From IMG/VR virus record IMGVR_UViG_3300016659_000208, positions 1 to 59,143 of that record: a DNA stretch of 59,143 nt, one strand, 5' to 3'. Shown one piece after another: positions 28,401-38,222 of the stretch (its first letter is position 1; the number at the start of each line of letters is the position of its first letter). The position numbers were made by a program, and so were the translations under genes. The notes under the pieces are model-generated. The model was given only the letters and a program-made list of their open reading frames with translations, was not told where the DNA came from and ran no database searches. This DNA comes from a virus (Duplodnaviria > Caudoviricetes).

Positions 28401-28814
28401 ATGCTACAAAAAACTACAGCTAGTATTTTATTAACACTTTTAGTCGCTTTTTTATTAGCTTGGCCTTTTAGTTATTTGGGCGTTAATTTTTTGAGCGGAG
28501 TTGCTTTTTTTGTTACTCTGCAATTTGTTGGGTTTTATTTTTACCGAGATTATATAGTCACAAGAGCAAAACTTGAAGAGCAAAAGTTATTATTTCAGTA
28601 TGAAGCTGAATTAAGCAAACAAGGTGCTGAAGTTGTTTGTCCGTGCGACAGACAAGTTAAATGTTTTGTGCCTATTGTTCTTAATGAGAGAAATGAGTAT
28701 AATTGTCCAGGTTGCAAAAAAGATATTAATGTTGCAGTCAAGTTAAAAACCGCACTAGTAACAACCCCTATTGTAAATACTATAGAGGAAATTATAAGTA
28801 ATAATACGCAATAA
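28401..28814 (+). CDS. Membrane protein with C-terminal Zn ribbon
   Basis: Two N-terminal TM segments; CPC...CPGC. Confidence 0.6.
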   Translation: MLQKTTASILLTLLVAFLLAWPFSYLGVNFLSGVAFFVTLQFVGFYFYRDYIVTRAKLEEQKLLFQYEAELSKQGAEVVCPCDRQVKCFVPIVLNERNEYNCPGCKKDINVAVKLKTALVTTPIVNTIEEIISNNTQ

Positions 28815-28815
28815 A

Positions 28816-29211
28816 ATGGAAATAACAACCGTTCCTTCAAGCCAGATACAGCCTGTATCCACTTTTAAAGCTATACCTTCTACACCATTAGTTAAAGCTG
28901 AAGTTGAGAATTTCTTTTTTTCAAAAGGACCTCTTGTATATAAAATTTATAAAAATGCTTACACCAGTTCGCTAGGGGACTCTATAACGTCAGATGCTTT
29001 TATTGATGACTTTTTTGTTGTGTTAGAAAATTCTATAAAGACAGAAATTAAAGCCAATAATAATCAGACCAATAACAATACAACTATCGTAAGCAATATA
29101 TTTCAGATACTAAGAAATAGTTTTACTGTTTTACGACAATCAGGAGTTAACCTAGACCCAGTTACATTTTACGCGACACTAGTTGCTTTTGTATTGAGTA
29201 AAATAAAATAA
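28816..29211 (+). CDS. Hypothetical protein
   Basis: 131 aa ORF. Confidence 0.5.
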   Translation: MEITTVPSSQIQPVSTFKAIPSTPLVKAEVENFFFSKGPLVYKIYKNAYTSSLGDSITSDAFIDDFFVVLENSIKTEIKANNNQTNNNTTIVSNIFQILRNSFTVLRQSGVNLDPVTFYATLVAFVLSKIK

Positions 29212-29218
29212 AATAAGC

Positions 29219-29247
29219 TTGCATGATAAAGAGAGAGCCTTTATTAT
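29219..29247 (+). promoter_or_regulatory. Sigma70-type promoter (leaderless)
   Basis: TTGCAT-N17-TATTAT-N6-ATG(29254). Confidence 0.6.
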
Positions 29248-29253
29248 AAAAAA

Positions 29254-29619
29254 ATGAATAATATTATTGAAGTAAAGGGTGAAAAGAAGGTTTTTAGTAT
29301 GCAGAAGATAGAGTATGCGAGATGGCTTTGTCTTATAGAGGCAATAGATTTAATAGAAAAAAAAGCTAGTGAATTAAAAGCAGATATAATTACTGATGAT
29401 TTTTGGGTTAAACCGCTAGCTTTTCAAAAATATATTGATCAGCGTTTAGAAACTATGGTTATTGATGTGGATAAAGAAGAGTTTAATATTCCAATTACCG
29501 CTTCTATAGAATTTAATAAAAATATTATTAAGAGTAATATTGAGGTTGAAGAGAAGAATACAGATTTTGAAGAAGATATAGAACCCGATGATGAAGTTCT
29601 TTCAACACTTAATTCTTAA
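29254..29619 (+). CDS. Hypothetical protein with acidic tail
   Basis: 121 aa ORF. Confidence 0.55.
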   Translation: MNNIIEVKGEKKVFSMQKIEYARWLCLIEAIDLIEKKASELKADIITDDFWVKPLAFQKYIDQRLETMVIDVDKEEFNIPITASIEFNKNIIKSNIEVEEKNTDFEEDIEPDDEVLSTLNS

Positions 29620-30368
29620 TAGTAACCGCCATATATTTCGGTGTTATTTACTGACATATCAAATATTTGTTTACTGCTAAAGCTATCTGCACTTTCTGGG
29701 TAAGCACTACCACGTGCTGTGGTGGTCTTATCATTGGGTATAGAAGTACTAATTGTCCCATATTGATTATTATCATAAACCTGATCACTACCTCTTTCTT
29801 GGGGTAGATTAGGTTCAAAGGAATAATCAAATCTCTTAGCCTTTAATAACCATACATAATGCCCCATTAACGGGTTAATCTCCGTATTCTCTTGATCTAG
29901 CCTTTCAGTAATCTCATACATTTTGCCGTCCCTCTCCCCCGGTCGAGTATTACCGTATTCTATCATTTTAAATACATCTCCAGCTTTTGGTTCTATATTC
30001 GGGGAGTAAGCGGCGTAAAACGAACTAATATGCATATATGCCATGCACATTTCGTCGCTCATGTAACCAAATTTACTCAACACTAGTGCGTTTTCAGATA
30101 ATTTTATTGCCATTACAACTATTTTTGGGTCTTCGAATCTGGACGTGGGTTGCTCTCCATAAACATTATCTGCGGATAAAAGATTATAAGTATTTCTGTA
30201 ATATTGAACAGTTTGACCGTAAAGGTCTAGCTGTTCTCGCCAATAATTGCTATAAAGCTGTCTTTCACACTCATTATTCTCCTTTTCCGTGAATCGCAAT
30301 GTACTTGTTGTGTATTTTAAAGGGTATTTTCTTATACAATTGATACCGGTGTATTTATCTACGCTCAT
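29616..30368 (-). CDS. gp14: Neck protein gp14
   Basis: E...LYG..V.Y, YGE....F, LSKFG, EPK.GD, YEI, F.YS.E match the T4 gp14 pattern. Confidence 0.8.
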   Translation of the reverse strand: MSVDKYTGINCIRKYPLKYTTSTLRFTEKENNECERQLYSNYWREQLDLYGQTVQYYRNTYNLLSADNVYGEQPTSRFEDPKIVVMAIKLSENALVLSKFGYMSDEMCMAYMHISSFYAAYSPNIEPKAGDVFKMIEYGNTRPGERDGKMYEITERLDQENTEINPLMGHYVWLLKAKRFDYSFEPNLPQERGSDQVYDNNQYGTISTSIPNDKTTTARGSAYPESADSFSSKQIFDMSVNNTEIYGGYY

Positions 30369-30748
30369 TTTTGTAGTATATACCCGTTTAATGTTGGTTC
30401 GAATTTTAAAGTTATACCTGTATTACCAAGCATTTTTGGCGTTTGTGGATTTACTCTTGTTACACCATACTGTTTACAGACTTTTTCTAGCTCGTCTTGT
30501 GATAGAACTTTTCTACCAGAATTAGATATTTTTAAATCTTGTAGTACCTGTAATGATTTTGGATCTACTTTATGCATGTCTGGTACAGTCTGAACATGCT
30601 TTCTAAACCCAGGATCTTTAATTATTTTACGGTGTCTTTGTGTTGGCTTTAAAAAATCTGACCCTACAAATACAGCTGGTAATCCTGTATTCCAAGTTGC
30701 TGCCTCTTGCAATAATATTTTATTAAAGATTTTTTCAAAAAGACTCAC
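30365..30748 (-). CDS. Hypothetical late protein
   Basis: MSLFEKIFNKILLQE leader; TATAAATA-N4-GTG. Confidence 0.55.
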   Translation of the reverse strand: MSLFEKIFNKILLQEAATWNTGLPAVFVGSDFLKPTQRHRKIIKDPGFRKHVQTVPDMHKVDPKSLQVLQDLKISNSGRKVLSQDELEKVCKQYGVTRVNPQTPKMLGNTGITLKFEPTLNGYILQK

Positions 30749-30752
30749 TCAT

Positions 30753-30760
30753 TATTTATA
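30753..30760 (-). promoter_or_regulatory. Late promoter (exact T4 consensus)
   Basis: TATAAATA-N4-GTG(30748). Confidence 0.7.
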
Positions 30761-30790
30761 AAAAAAAAGCCGTCATTAATGACGGCTTTT
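30760..30790 (-). terminator. Intrinsic terminator
   Basis: Perfect inverted repeat AAAAGCCGTCATTAATGACGGCTTTT with a U-tract on the minus strand, 20 nt after the stop of 30811..31728. Confidence 0.85.
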
Positions 30791-30810
30791 CTACATTTAT
30801 GTAAGGTTCT

Positions 30811-31395
30811 TTATTTAAAGAAGTCTCCGGCTTTATAGCCAGGGGCATTAACCTTATTGTTCTTATTTGTTAAGGTATGACCCTTGCTATCAGGAAGAGC
30901 TGTGAGCTTACCATCATTTACAGCCTTGATATCGCCAGATGCTTTTCCGCCTTTAGCATGCCCGAGTTTGCCAGCAACCTTGTTATTCTTACCTTGTAAG
31001 GATTGACCTTTGCTATCAGGAAGCTCTTCTAGTTCTGTGGCTTCGCCAGCTACTTCTTCTTGATCTTCGTCTTCTTTCTTATCTTCCTTTTTGGCCTTGC
31101 TCTGTTCGTCTTCAGCAGCAGCGGGGGCTTGTTCGTCTTCAGGCTTTTCTTCTGTGTCACCGCCGAGATCTTCTTCACCGCCGTGATCCTCTTCAGTGTC
31201 TAAAATGTCATGGAGCAAATCATGCAACTTTTGAGCAACATCACGAGGTAAAGTAACTGTGACATCTTCACTTTCGCCGCCAACGTCACTGGCTTTATCT
31301 AAGGTGTCGCCTTCGGGACCAGCTTGAATGCCAAGATCTAAAGCGTCATCTTTCATTACATCTTCATAAAGTTTATCAAATATCGATTTGCTCAT
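30811..31395 (-). CDS. Putative nested in-frame short isoform (194 aa)
   Basis: Internal CATAAATA-N5-ATG(31395) giving MSKSIFDKLYE. Confidence 0.5.
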   Translation of the reverse strand: MSKSIFDKLYEDVMKDDALDLGIQAGPEGDTLDKASDVGGESEDVTVTLPRDVAQKLHDLLHDILDTEEDHGGEEDLGGDTEEKPEDEQAPAAAEDEQSKAKKEDKKEDEDQEEVAGEATELEELPDSKGQSLQGKNNKVAGKLGHAKGGKASGDIKAVNDGKLTALPDSKGHTLTNKNNKVNAPGYKAGDFFK

Positions 31396-31728
31396 ATTAT
31401 TATTTATGTTCGCTGGTTCTTTTTTCTCGAGAGCTGTGGAAAATTTTTGTGGCTCAAAATGATTATCTTTTTTTGCTGTTTTTGGATCAACTATATCTTT
31501 ACTAAATCCTTCTGCGGCCTCTGGGCCTGTATTCTTCAATGCGAAGGCTTTCTTATCTGAACCTTTAGCAACAATTTTTTTTGTATCAATTTTTTTATCT
31601 TTTGCCTGAGGAAACGTTGGAAGTGTATTTGTTTTTTTCTCCTCTATCACTTTATTTTGTTGTTGTTTTTCAGCCAACATAGATTCATAGACTAAACCTA
31701 TATCTTTAATACTCTTTATTCTAGTCAT
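30811..31728 (-). CDS. Highly charged late protein (prohead core/internal protein-like)
   Basis: 305 aa; acidic centre; duplicated C-terminal motif LPDSKG..L..KNNKV. Confidence 0.55.
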   Translation of the reverse strand: MTRIKSIKDIGLVYESMLAEKQQQNKVIEEKKTNTLPTFPQAKDKKIDTKKIVAKGSDKKAFALKNTGPEAAEGFSKDIVDPKTAKKDNHFEPQKFSTALEKKEPANINNNMSKSIFDKLYEDVMKDDALDLGIQAGPEGDTLDKASDVGGESEDVTVTLPRDVAQKLHDLLHDILDTEEDHGGEEDLGGDTEEKPEDEQAPAAAEDEQSKAKKEDKKEDEDQEEVAGEATELEELPDSKGQSLQGKNNKVAGKLGHAKGGKASGDIKAVNDGKLTALPDSKGHTLTNKNNKVNAPGYKAGDFFK

Positions 31729-31770
31729 AATGTATATATAGTATTTATGGTTTAATGATAAATAATTTAT

Positions 31771-33492
31771 ATGGCAGACAAAGAAAAATATTATCTCGGA
31801 AATGATAAGTTGCCAACTACAGAGACAAAGTTTGAATATACATCTGAGATGATTAATGAAATCAAAAAATGCAAAAAAAATTTATTACATTTTGCAGAGA
31901 ATTACTTCTTTATTATTAATTTAGATAGAGGTAAAGAAAAAATTAAACTCTATTCTTGTCAGAAAAGAGTATTAAGAAATTTAAGAGATAATAGATTTGT
32001 TATATTATTATCATCTAGACAAAGCGGTAAAACAACTCAAATGACAATATATTGCCTGTGGAATGCATGCTTTAATGATGATCAAAGAATCCTTATTGTT
32101 GCAAACAAAGAGCAAACAGCAAAAAATATTTTTAAACGAATAAGACTAGCATACGAAATGTTACCTAATTTTTTGAAGCCCGGGGTTGTAGAATATGGGC
32201 AAACTAGCATGACTCTTACAAATGGTAGTAGCATTGGTATTAGTACAACGAGTAGTGATGCAGGCCGTGGTGATAGCTGTAATTGTTTGGTATTAGATGA
32301 GCTTGCATTTATTGATAATCATATTGTGGATAAATTTTGGGAATCTGTTTATCCCATTATTAGTAGTTCTAAAAAAAGTAAAATTTTTATTGCTAGTACC
32401 CCTAATGGTACAGATAATTTATTTTATAGACTATACAAAGGCGCTGAGGAGGGTGATAATAATTGGAAGGCAGAAAGAATAGATTGGTGGGAAATTCCTG
32501 GTAGAGACGAGAAGTGGAAAGACGATACTATAAAAACTTTAGGTAGTGTTGAAACGTTCTCTCAGGAGTTTGGAAATGAATTTTTACATGGCGGAGAAAG
32601 TAGTATTAATGAGGCACTATACAACGCATCTCTCCGTGATTGTAGGGAACCAGATTATATTTTTGACGAGGGGAAATATTTGATGTGGGAGGAGCCTCAC
32701 GAAGAAAGAATTTATACGGTAGGTGTTGATGTTAGTGAGGGTGTAAACGAATGTGCAAGTGTTGTTCAGGTTCTAGATATTACTGACCTAACAAGTATTG
32801 AGCAGGTAGCCGTATATCATACTCGTAATACCCCGCCTTATCAATTTACTGCAAAATTATTAGAAATATTAAATCAATGGGGTCGGCCACCAGTAAGTAT
32901 AGAAAGAAATAGCTGTGGTGCACAGGTAGTTGAGCAATTAAAATTTACACATGGTTATGAAAACATAGTTTCCTGGGGGGCAAAGGCAGGAGATAAAACT
33001 GAATTTAAACGTGTTGGAATTTTATCACACACTAATACCAAGTATAGAGGAATAACAAATATGAGGTATTGGGTAAATGAACTTAAGGCAATTAAGTTTA
33101 GAGACCTTAACACTTTAAAAGAATTTAAAACATTTATAAGATATCCAAACAATACATGGGGTGCGCGATCAGGAACAGACAGTTGGGATGATAGAGTGAT
33201 GGCGTTGGTTTGGGCTTTAATAATTTTAGAAAATGAAATTTGTAATAGATATTTTGATATTGTTAAGTTAGATGATTGTGATAGACCACAAATTATAAAA
33301 TTTCTTGATTATGGTGTAAAAGGTGTAATTAGTCCTCTCAGTATATATCTTAACGAAAAAGATGTTGATGCAAATTCCGCTCTTCCTACATTGTTTGATG
33401 AAAAATCTTCTTTCACAGCTGATGACCCTGATCTTAATGAGCTAAAAAAACAAGGCTGGTACCTGCCAGGCGAATCATTTTTTGATAAATAA
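31771..33492 (+). CDS. gp17: Terminase large subunit gp17
   Basis: SRQSGKT, LDELAF, STPNG, QEF...F, GVDVSEG, DDRVMAL; TAAATA(31759-31764)-N6-ATG. Confidence 0.95.
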   Translation: MADKEKYYLGNDKLPTTETKFEYTSEMINEIKKCKKNLLHFAENYFFIINLDRGKEKIKLYSCQKRVLRNLRDNRFVILLSSRQSGKTTQMTIYCLWNACFNDDQRILIVANKEQTAKNIFKRIRLAYEMLPNFLKPGVVEYGQTSMTLTNGSSIGISTTSSDAGRGDSCNCLVLDELAFIDNHIVDKFWESVYPIISSSKKSKIFIASTPNGTDNLFYRLYKGAEEGDNNWKAERIDWWEIPGRDEKWKDDTIKTLGSVETFSQEFGNEFLHGGESSINEALYNASLRDCREPDYIFDEGKYLMWEEPHEERIYTVGVDVSEGVNECASVVQVLDITDLTSIEQVAVYHTRNTPPYQFTAKLLEILNQWGRPPVSIERNSCGAQVVEQLKFTHGYENIVSWGAKAGDKTEFKRVGILSHTNTKYRGITNMRYWVNELKAIKFRDLNTLKEFKTFIRYPNNTWGARSGTDSWDDRVMALVWALIILENEICNRYFDIVKLDDCDRPQIIKFLDYGVKGVISPLSIYLNEKDVDANSALPTLFDEKSSFTADDPDLNELKKQGWYLPGESFFDK

Positions 33493-33506
33493 AACATATA
33501 TTTTAT

Positions 33507-34100
33507 ATGCCAACACCACCAAACAAACTTCCAATATTTCAGAGTCCTCTGAATAAACAGAGAAAAGATAAATTTATTTGTGTATTAACGATACCGAGAA
33601 TTCTTAGAAATGATATACAAGAAATAGCTAGAAGAAATTCTTCGGTCAATTTTGATGCATTGCAATTTAGTATTTTCGGGGCAGTGGCCCCGCCTATAGA
33701 AATACCGCCTATACAAGTACCGTATGCTGGCCAAACTCTAAAAGTAACATCTTATGCAAGGCCATCTTTTCCAACATTAAAGGTTGATTTTACTGTTGAT
33801 AATTATTTTAACAACTACTGGGTTATATACAAATGGTTAGAAGTTTTTAACGACCCAACTATAGGTATTTTTAGTCCTGCAGATAAAGATATAGACTCAC
33901 GTGCAACCGAGTACATGACAAACATAACAATATACGGACTTGATGAGTATAACAACAAGACAATACAATTTGACTATATTAGAGCATTTCCAATATCTTT
34001 GCAAGGAATTGAATATACTGATAGAGATAGCTCTGAGATGGAATGTAGCTTTAATTTTGCCTATCATCAATTAAAAGCAACATTACTTCCATTAAATTAA
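33507..34100 (+). CDS. Tail terminator / tube-fold protein (gp3-like)
   Basis: L.V.F.VD....NY..IY.W, AFP.SL, F.Y. Confidence 0.65.
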   Translation: MPTPPNKLPIFQSPLNKQRKDKFICVLTIPRILRNDIQEIARRNSSVNFDALQFSIFGAVAPPIEIPPIQVPYAGQTLKVTSYARPSFPTLKVDFTVDNYFNNYWVIYKWLEVFNDPTIGIFSPADKDIDSRATEYMTNITIYGLDEYNNKTIQFDYIRAFPISLQGIEYTDRDSSEMECSFNFAYHQLKATLLPLN

Positions 34101-34144
34101 TTTTTACAAATATTTTATTTTTTAAAAAAATCAGACTTTGGCGC

Positions 34145-34152
34145 TATAAATA
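34145..34152 (+). promoter_or_regulatory. Late promoter (exact T4 consensus)
   Basis: TATAAATA-N9-ATG(34162). Confidence 0.7.
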
Positions 34153-34161
34153 TTAACGTAT

Positions 34162-36654
34162 ATGGCAAGAACAATTCAAAGCCCAGGCGTGGAATTACGC
34201 GAAGTTGACTTAACATTAAGACCAGTAATTACCCAAGGTACTAGTGTATTTATAGCCGGGTTTGCAAATCAAGGACCTATTGATGAGATTCTACAACCTA
34301 CATCAATTAGTGAATTTGAGCAAATATATGGTATTCCTACAAATGCTGCGGAAAGATATTTTTACCATACTGTTAAAGCTACACTTCAGGGGCCTTCGCA
34401 ACTTAAGGTGACTAGACTGCCATATGGTGAAGGTAAGGGTGAAGGTTTTAACTCTTGGAGATATAGCGCACTACTGTATCCTGTGCATCCTTATGAGAGC
34501 AATATGGACGCACTTACGTCTTCAGCTGTTAATCAGCTTAGTTCTGCCAATGCATTTTATTTTTCCAAACCTACACATGTTGAACTAACACTACAGCAAT
34601 ACGAAGCTCTAGTAAACAATGAAGTTAATTGGTCAAGTCATGTTCCTTTTAACATTTTTGATAATTCTACTAATATCCAATCTGATTGGAATGATTACAA
34701 TGCAGGTACAGATGATTTTAACTTCTTTTCTTCTAAAATAAATTTAGGATTAATAATATTAAATAAATCTCAAGTTGCAAATAATAATAAATTTGAAGGT
34801 TATTATGTTGCGCTAACAGATAATGCTAACGTTAATCCAGCTACTCCCTTTGATAGTATTAATGCAGTGGACGGTATTAATAAACCTCTAGCTGTTATTA
34901 ATGAATATGCAAAAGTTCCAGAGACAAGGCTTAATTTTGCTCTTACAGCCACGAAATTTGGTGATGGTACAAGTATTAGTGAGATCATGGAAAATGCTGC
35001 AACCTTTGATATATCTACACCTAGTTTTAATGATACATTAACGCTTGGCGTTTTTAAGCTAAGGCAAAGCGTATTTTCGCCTGACGTAATTTCACTTGAT
35101 TATGTTTTAGTTGAAAAATTTGTCGGATCATTAGATTATCATAGACAAATAGCTTCTCAAAACGGGGGTGCCGCGACGCCGTTCTTTATTGAAGCTGTAA
35201 CAGAGAAATCACCTAATGTCAAGGTACTCGTTAACCCTTATATTTCACGTAGATTTGGTAATACATGGGTAAACCCAGCTGGCGGTACAGATTTAAGGAT
35301 TAGAGCTGCATCCAAGTCTAATTTTACGCCTTTAAATATCGCAGGAGCAGTTGACACGTCAAGAACGTTTTTTACGAGAATAGGAGTAACTTCAGCAGCT
35401 CAAAACCCTAATACAGCTTTAGTTACACCCTTGAAAGATGTTATTCTTAGAAAAGAAGACCCCACATGCCTTACGCCTCTTGGTATCTATACAGATACGA
35501 TTACCTCTAATACAAATATAGGTAGCTTACCACAAAAATTAGAGCGTGCTTTTGAGTTAGTAGAAAATATTGATCTATATCCAGTATCATTAATACCTGA
35601 AGCCGGTTTAGGTAGTATTTATGTTAGTGTAGCCGAGGAAGCACATCGTGCAAGTAAAGCTTTATCAGCATGCGGATCATACAATGATGCGGGGTATATT
35701 CCGACCTTGAGCAGTTTCTATACTACGAATACTGAGTTATTAAACGATGAAGGACTGAGAATACGCGGTAATTACAATGCCGTGGCAAGTATATTTGTAA
35801 ATGCCGCACAAAATCAAAGAAGAGATTGTATTGTTATCTTAGATCCATTACGTCAAATATTTGTTCAAGGTGATAGTAATAAGACTATTAACACGAAAAA
35901 GCTATACGGGCCTAACGCTGGTGCAGAATCTAATCCATATTCAAGTGGTTACAGTCCAACTAATTTCAGTCAACACATTTATTGGCCTTTAAGACATCAA
36001 TTTAGTCTTATTGATTCGAGCTATGCTTGTACGTATGGAACGGTTGCTCAGGTTATAGATCCTTCTACTAATAGACAAGTATGGGTTCCATTCTCTGGTT
36101 TTGCAGCTGGTACTATGGCGAACACAGATGCAAACTTCCAACCATGGTTTGCCCCCGCTGGCTTTACTCGTGGCGTACTTTTAGGGGTAAACGATCTCGG
36201 TATATATCCAAAGCAAAAGCAGCGTGATCAACTCTATAAGATTGGCTTGAACCCTGTACCATTTTTCCCTGTAGAAGGTTTTGTTATCTTCGGTCAAAAA
36301 ACCCTTCTTAAGAAACCTAGCGCATTTGATCGTATTAATGTACGTAGATTGTTCTTAAACCTCGAAGCTGCGACCCGTGATACAGTAAAGTTTTTCGTAT
36401 TTGAGCCCAACACATTATTTACAAGAACGCAAGTTGTAAATGTTCTCACACCTATCTTTGAAAATGCTAAAAATACTGAAGGATTATATGATTATCTAAT
36501 TATATGCGATGAGCGTAACAATACGCCTGATATTATTGATCAAAACGAGTTAAAGGTTGATATATATCTAAAGCCAGTGCGATCCTCTGAATTTATCTTA
36601 GTAAGCTTCTATGCAACACGTACTGGTCAAAATTTCCAGGAGTTGGTAGCGTAA
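34162..36654 (+). CDS. gp18: Contractile tail sheath gp18
   Basis: SPGV..REVD, PWFAPAG..RG, GQKT, FDRINVRRLF, FEPN. Confidence 0.95.
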   Translation: MARTIQSPGVELREVDLTLRPVITQGTSVFIAGFANQGPIDEILQPTSISEFEQIYGIPTNAAERYFYHTVKATLQGPSQLKVTRLPYGEGKGEGFNSWRYSALLYPVHPYESNMDALTSSAVNQLSSANAFYFSKPTHVELTLQQYEALVNNEVNWSSHVPFNIFDNSTNIQSDWNDYNAGTDDFNFFSSKINLGLIILNKSQVANNNKFEGYYVALTDNANVNPATPFDSINAVDGINKPLAVINEYAKVPETRLNFALTATKFGDGTSISEIMENAATFDISTPSFNDTLTLGVFKLRQSVFSPDVISLDYVLVEKFVGSLDYHRQIASQNGGAATPFFIEAVTEKSPNVKVLVNPYISRRFGNTWVNPAGGTDLRIRAASKSNFTPLNIAGAVDTSRTFFTRIGVTSAAQNPNTALVTPLKDVILRKEDPTCLTPLGIYTDTITSNTNIGSLPQKLERAFELVENIDLYPVSLIPEAGLGSIYVSVAEEAHRASKALSACGSYNDAGYIPTLSSFYTTNTELLNDEGLRIRGNYNAVASIFVNAAQNQRRDCIVILDPLRQIFVQGDSNKTINTKKLYGPNAGAESNPYSSGYSPTNFSQHIYWPLRHQFSLIDSSYACTYGTVAQVIDPSTNRQVWVPFSGFAAGTMANTDANFQPWFAPAGFTRGVLLGVNDLGIYPKQKQRDQLYKIGLNPVPFFPVEGFVIFGQKTLLKKPSAFDRINVRRLFLNLEAATRDTVKFFVFEPNTLFTRTQVVNVLTPIFENAKNTEGLYDYLIICDERNNTPDIIDQNELKVDIYLKPVRSSEFILVSFYATRTGQNFQELVA

Positions 36655-36679
36655 CATATGGAAAGGAATAAATAAATTT

Positions 36680-37231
36680 ATGGCAGATGTAAAACAATTA
36701 ATTGCTGATTTCTACAGAGTAGCTTCAGCTAGAGACTTTCAGCGCGATATTCAATTTCGGGTGTTAAGTATAACACCAGGCGGTACCACGACAACATTTG
36801 ATGAAAATGATCTAGTTTATGCTAAGGCAGCAACTCTTCCCTCTCGCGCAATAACAAATGCGCAAGTCAAGTATATGGGGTTAAACTTTAATTTACCTGG
36901 TACTGCTACTTATCCAAATAGCGAAGCGTACACATTAACCTTTTACAATGATGCAAGAAATAATCTTCGTCAAAAATTTGAAGATTGGTCCCGTGATACA
37001 TTTAATGATACAAGCAGTACAGGTAATTATTTTCCGCCAACTCAAGCTAGTACAATTGATTTAGTTCAGCTAGACACGCAAATGAAAAGAGTTGCTCAAT
37101 ATCAACTTGTAGGTGTCAGTATTCGTTCAGTAGGTGATATAGCATATAGCATTGGCGAGGGTACCGGTCAAATAGTAGATTTTGATGTTACTATGGCTTA
37201 TCACTATTTTATACGCAAGCAACTAACATAA
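36680..37231 (+). CDS. gp19: Tail tube gp19
   Basis: Follows the sheath; A.LP, G...Y, LTF.ND, R..FE.W; TAAATA(36669-36674)-N5-ATG. Confidence 0.85.
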   Translation: MADVKQLIADFYRVASARDFQRDIQFRVLSITPGGTTTTFDENDLVYAKAATLPSRAITNAQVKYMGLNFNLPGTATYPNSEAYTLTFYNDARNNLRQKFEDWSRDTFNDTSSTGNYFPPTQASTIDLVQLDTQMKRVAQYQLVGVSIRSVGDIAYSIGEGTGQIVDFDVTMAYHYFIRKQLT

Positions 37232-37262
37232 TCAATCTTAGTTAAAGGCCATAAATATTTGA

Positions 37263-38201
37263 ATGGCTCTGTCAAATCCGTTAATTGAAGCCTTTCAAGG
37301 CTTATTAAGTAATGCCGTTGGGGTAGGTAGAGGTACAAATCCACTAAGTCAACCACAAATAACAAGTCTACTTGGGTTCAATATACCGGGTGTACCTCTA
37401 ATTAGTACAAGAGATTACTTTCTTCTTCAATTACAGAGTTGGCTAACATCAATACCGCTACAAACACAGTGGATTGCTGTAATAGATAGTTTTCCTTACG
37501 CGCTAAGAACTGAATTATTACAATCTTTGGAACGAACCGATGGTAGTAAAAAAGGATATGATATAGACCGGGCCAGGTCACTATTAACCAGTTACCCGTT
37601 TCAAAAAGTTATTGGCTGTGTTTTTGCTCAAGGGGCTCAAATTCCAGGTGAAACCTTAGGTATAAGAGATGTTTCTGTAGATAATAATCGTGGATTTATA
37701 CCCGGTATTATTTCGGAAAATCGAATCGGGTATGCTGGAAACCCATTAAGATTAGATTTTTTAGAAACTAATACAAGCATTGTTGATTTTGTATTTAGAC
37801 CTTGGGTAATGCTCGCTAGTCATTATGGCATGGTTGCAAGACCCGGAGATATGCCTGGTACAAAAGACTTTTTCAATGTTAAGTCAAATATAACATTACT
37901 TTGCTACACAAAAAGCTATCAAAATATAAGTCAAATACCTAGAAAAATTTTTACTTTTTACAATGTAGTACCTACTTTAATAAACAATTTTAGTTTAAAC
38001 TATGAAGGGGAACCAATCGATGCTGCAGCATACAGTGTGAACTTTACGTATACTAATTATACAGTTCAAAATAGTCTTTATTTTCCATTAGCAGATATTA
38101 TTCAAACCGTAACAAACGCGGTAAATGGTAATTACAGTCCTGTAATTTCCCCTTTACAAGACTCGTCAAACTTTCCTGTAAACGCAGCTGGTTTTTTCTA
38201 A
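37263..38201 (+). CDS. Tube-fold baseplate protein (gp54-like)
   Basis: IPGE, L...FLET, F.Y tube-like pattern; TAAATA(37252-37257)-N5-ATG. Confidence 0.55.
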   Translation: MALSNPLIEAFQGLLSNAVGVGRGTNPLSQPQITSLLGFNIPGVPLISTRDYFLLQLQSWLTSIPLQTQWIAVIDSFPYALRTELLQSLERTDGSKKGYDIDRARSLLTSYPFQKVIGCVFAQGAQIPGETLGIRDVSVDNNRGFIPGIISENRIGYAGNPLRLDFLETNTSIVDFVFRPWVMLASHYGMVARPGDMPGTKDFFNVKSNITLLCYTKSYQNISQIPRKIFTFYNVVPTLINNFSLNYEGEPIDAAAYSVNFTYTNYTVQNSLYFPLADIIQTVTNAVNGNYSPVISPLQDSSNFPVNAAGFF

Positions 38202-38222
38202 TTTTTTAGTTAATTATTTTTT

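Noticed and set aside
13122-33492. Introns or inteins in gp43, gp41 or gp17
   Set aside because: The ORFs are continuous and of normal length, with no splicing motifs
34100-34131. A/T-run inverted repeat (TTTTTTAAAAAA) before the sheath gene as a terminator
   Set aside because: It has no GC stem and is expected by chance at this AT content
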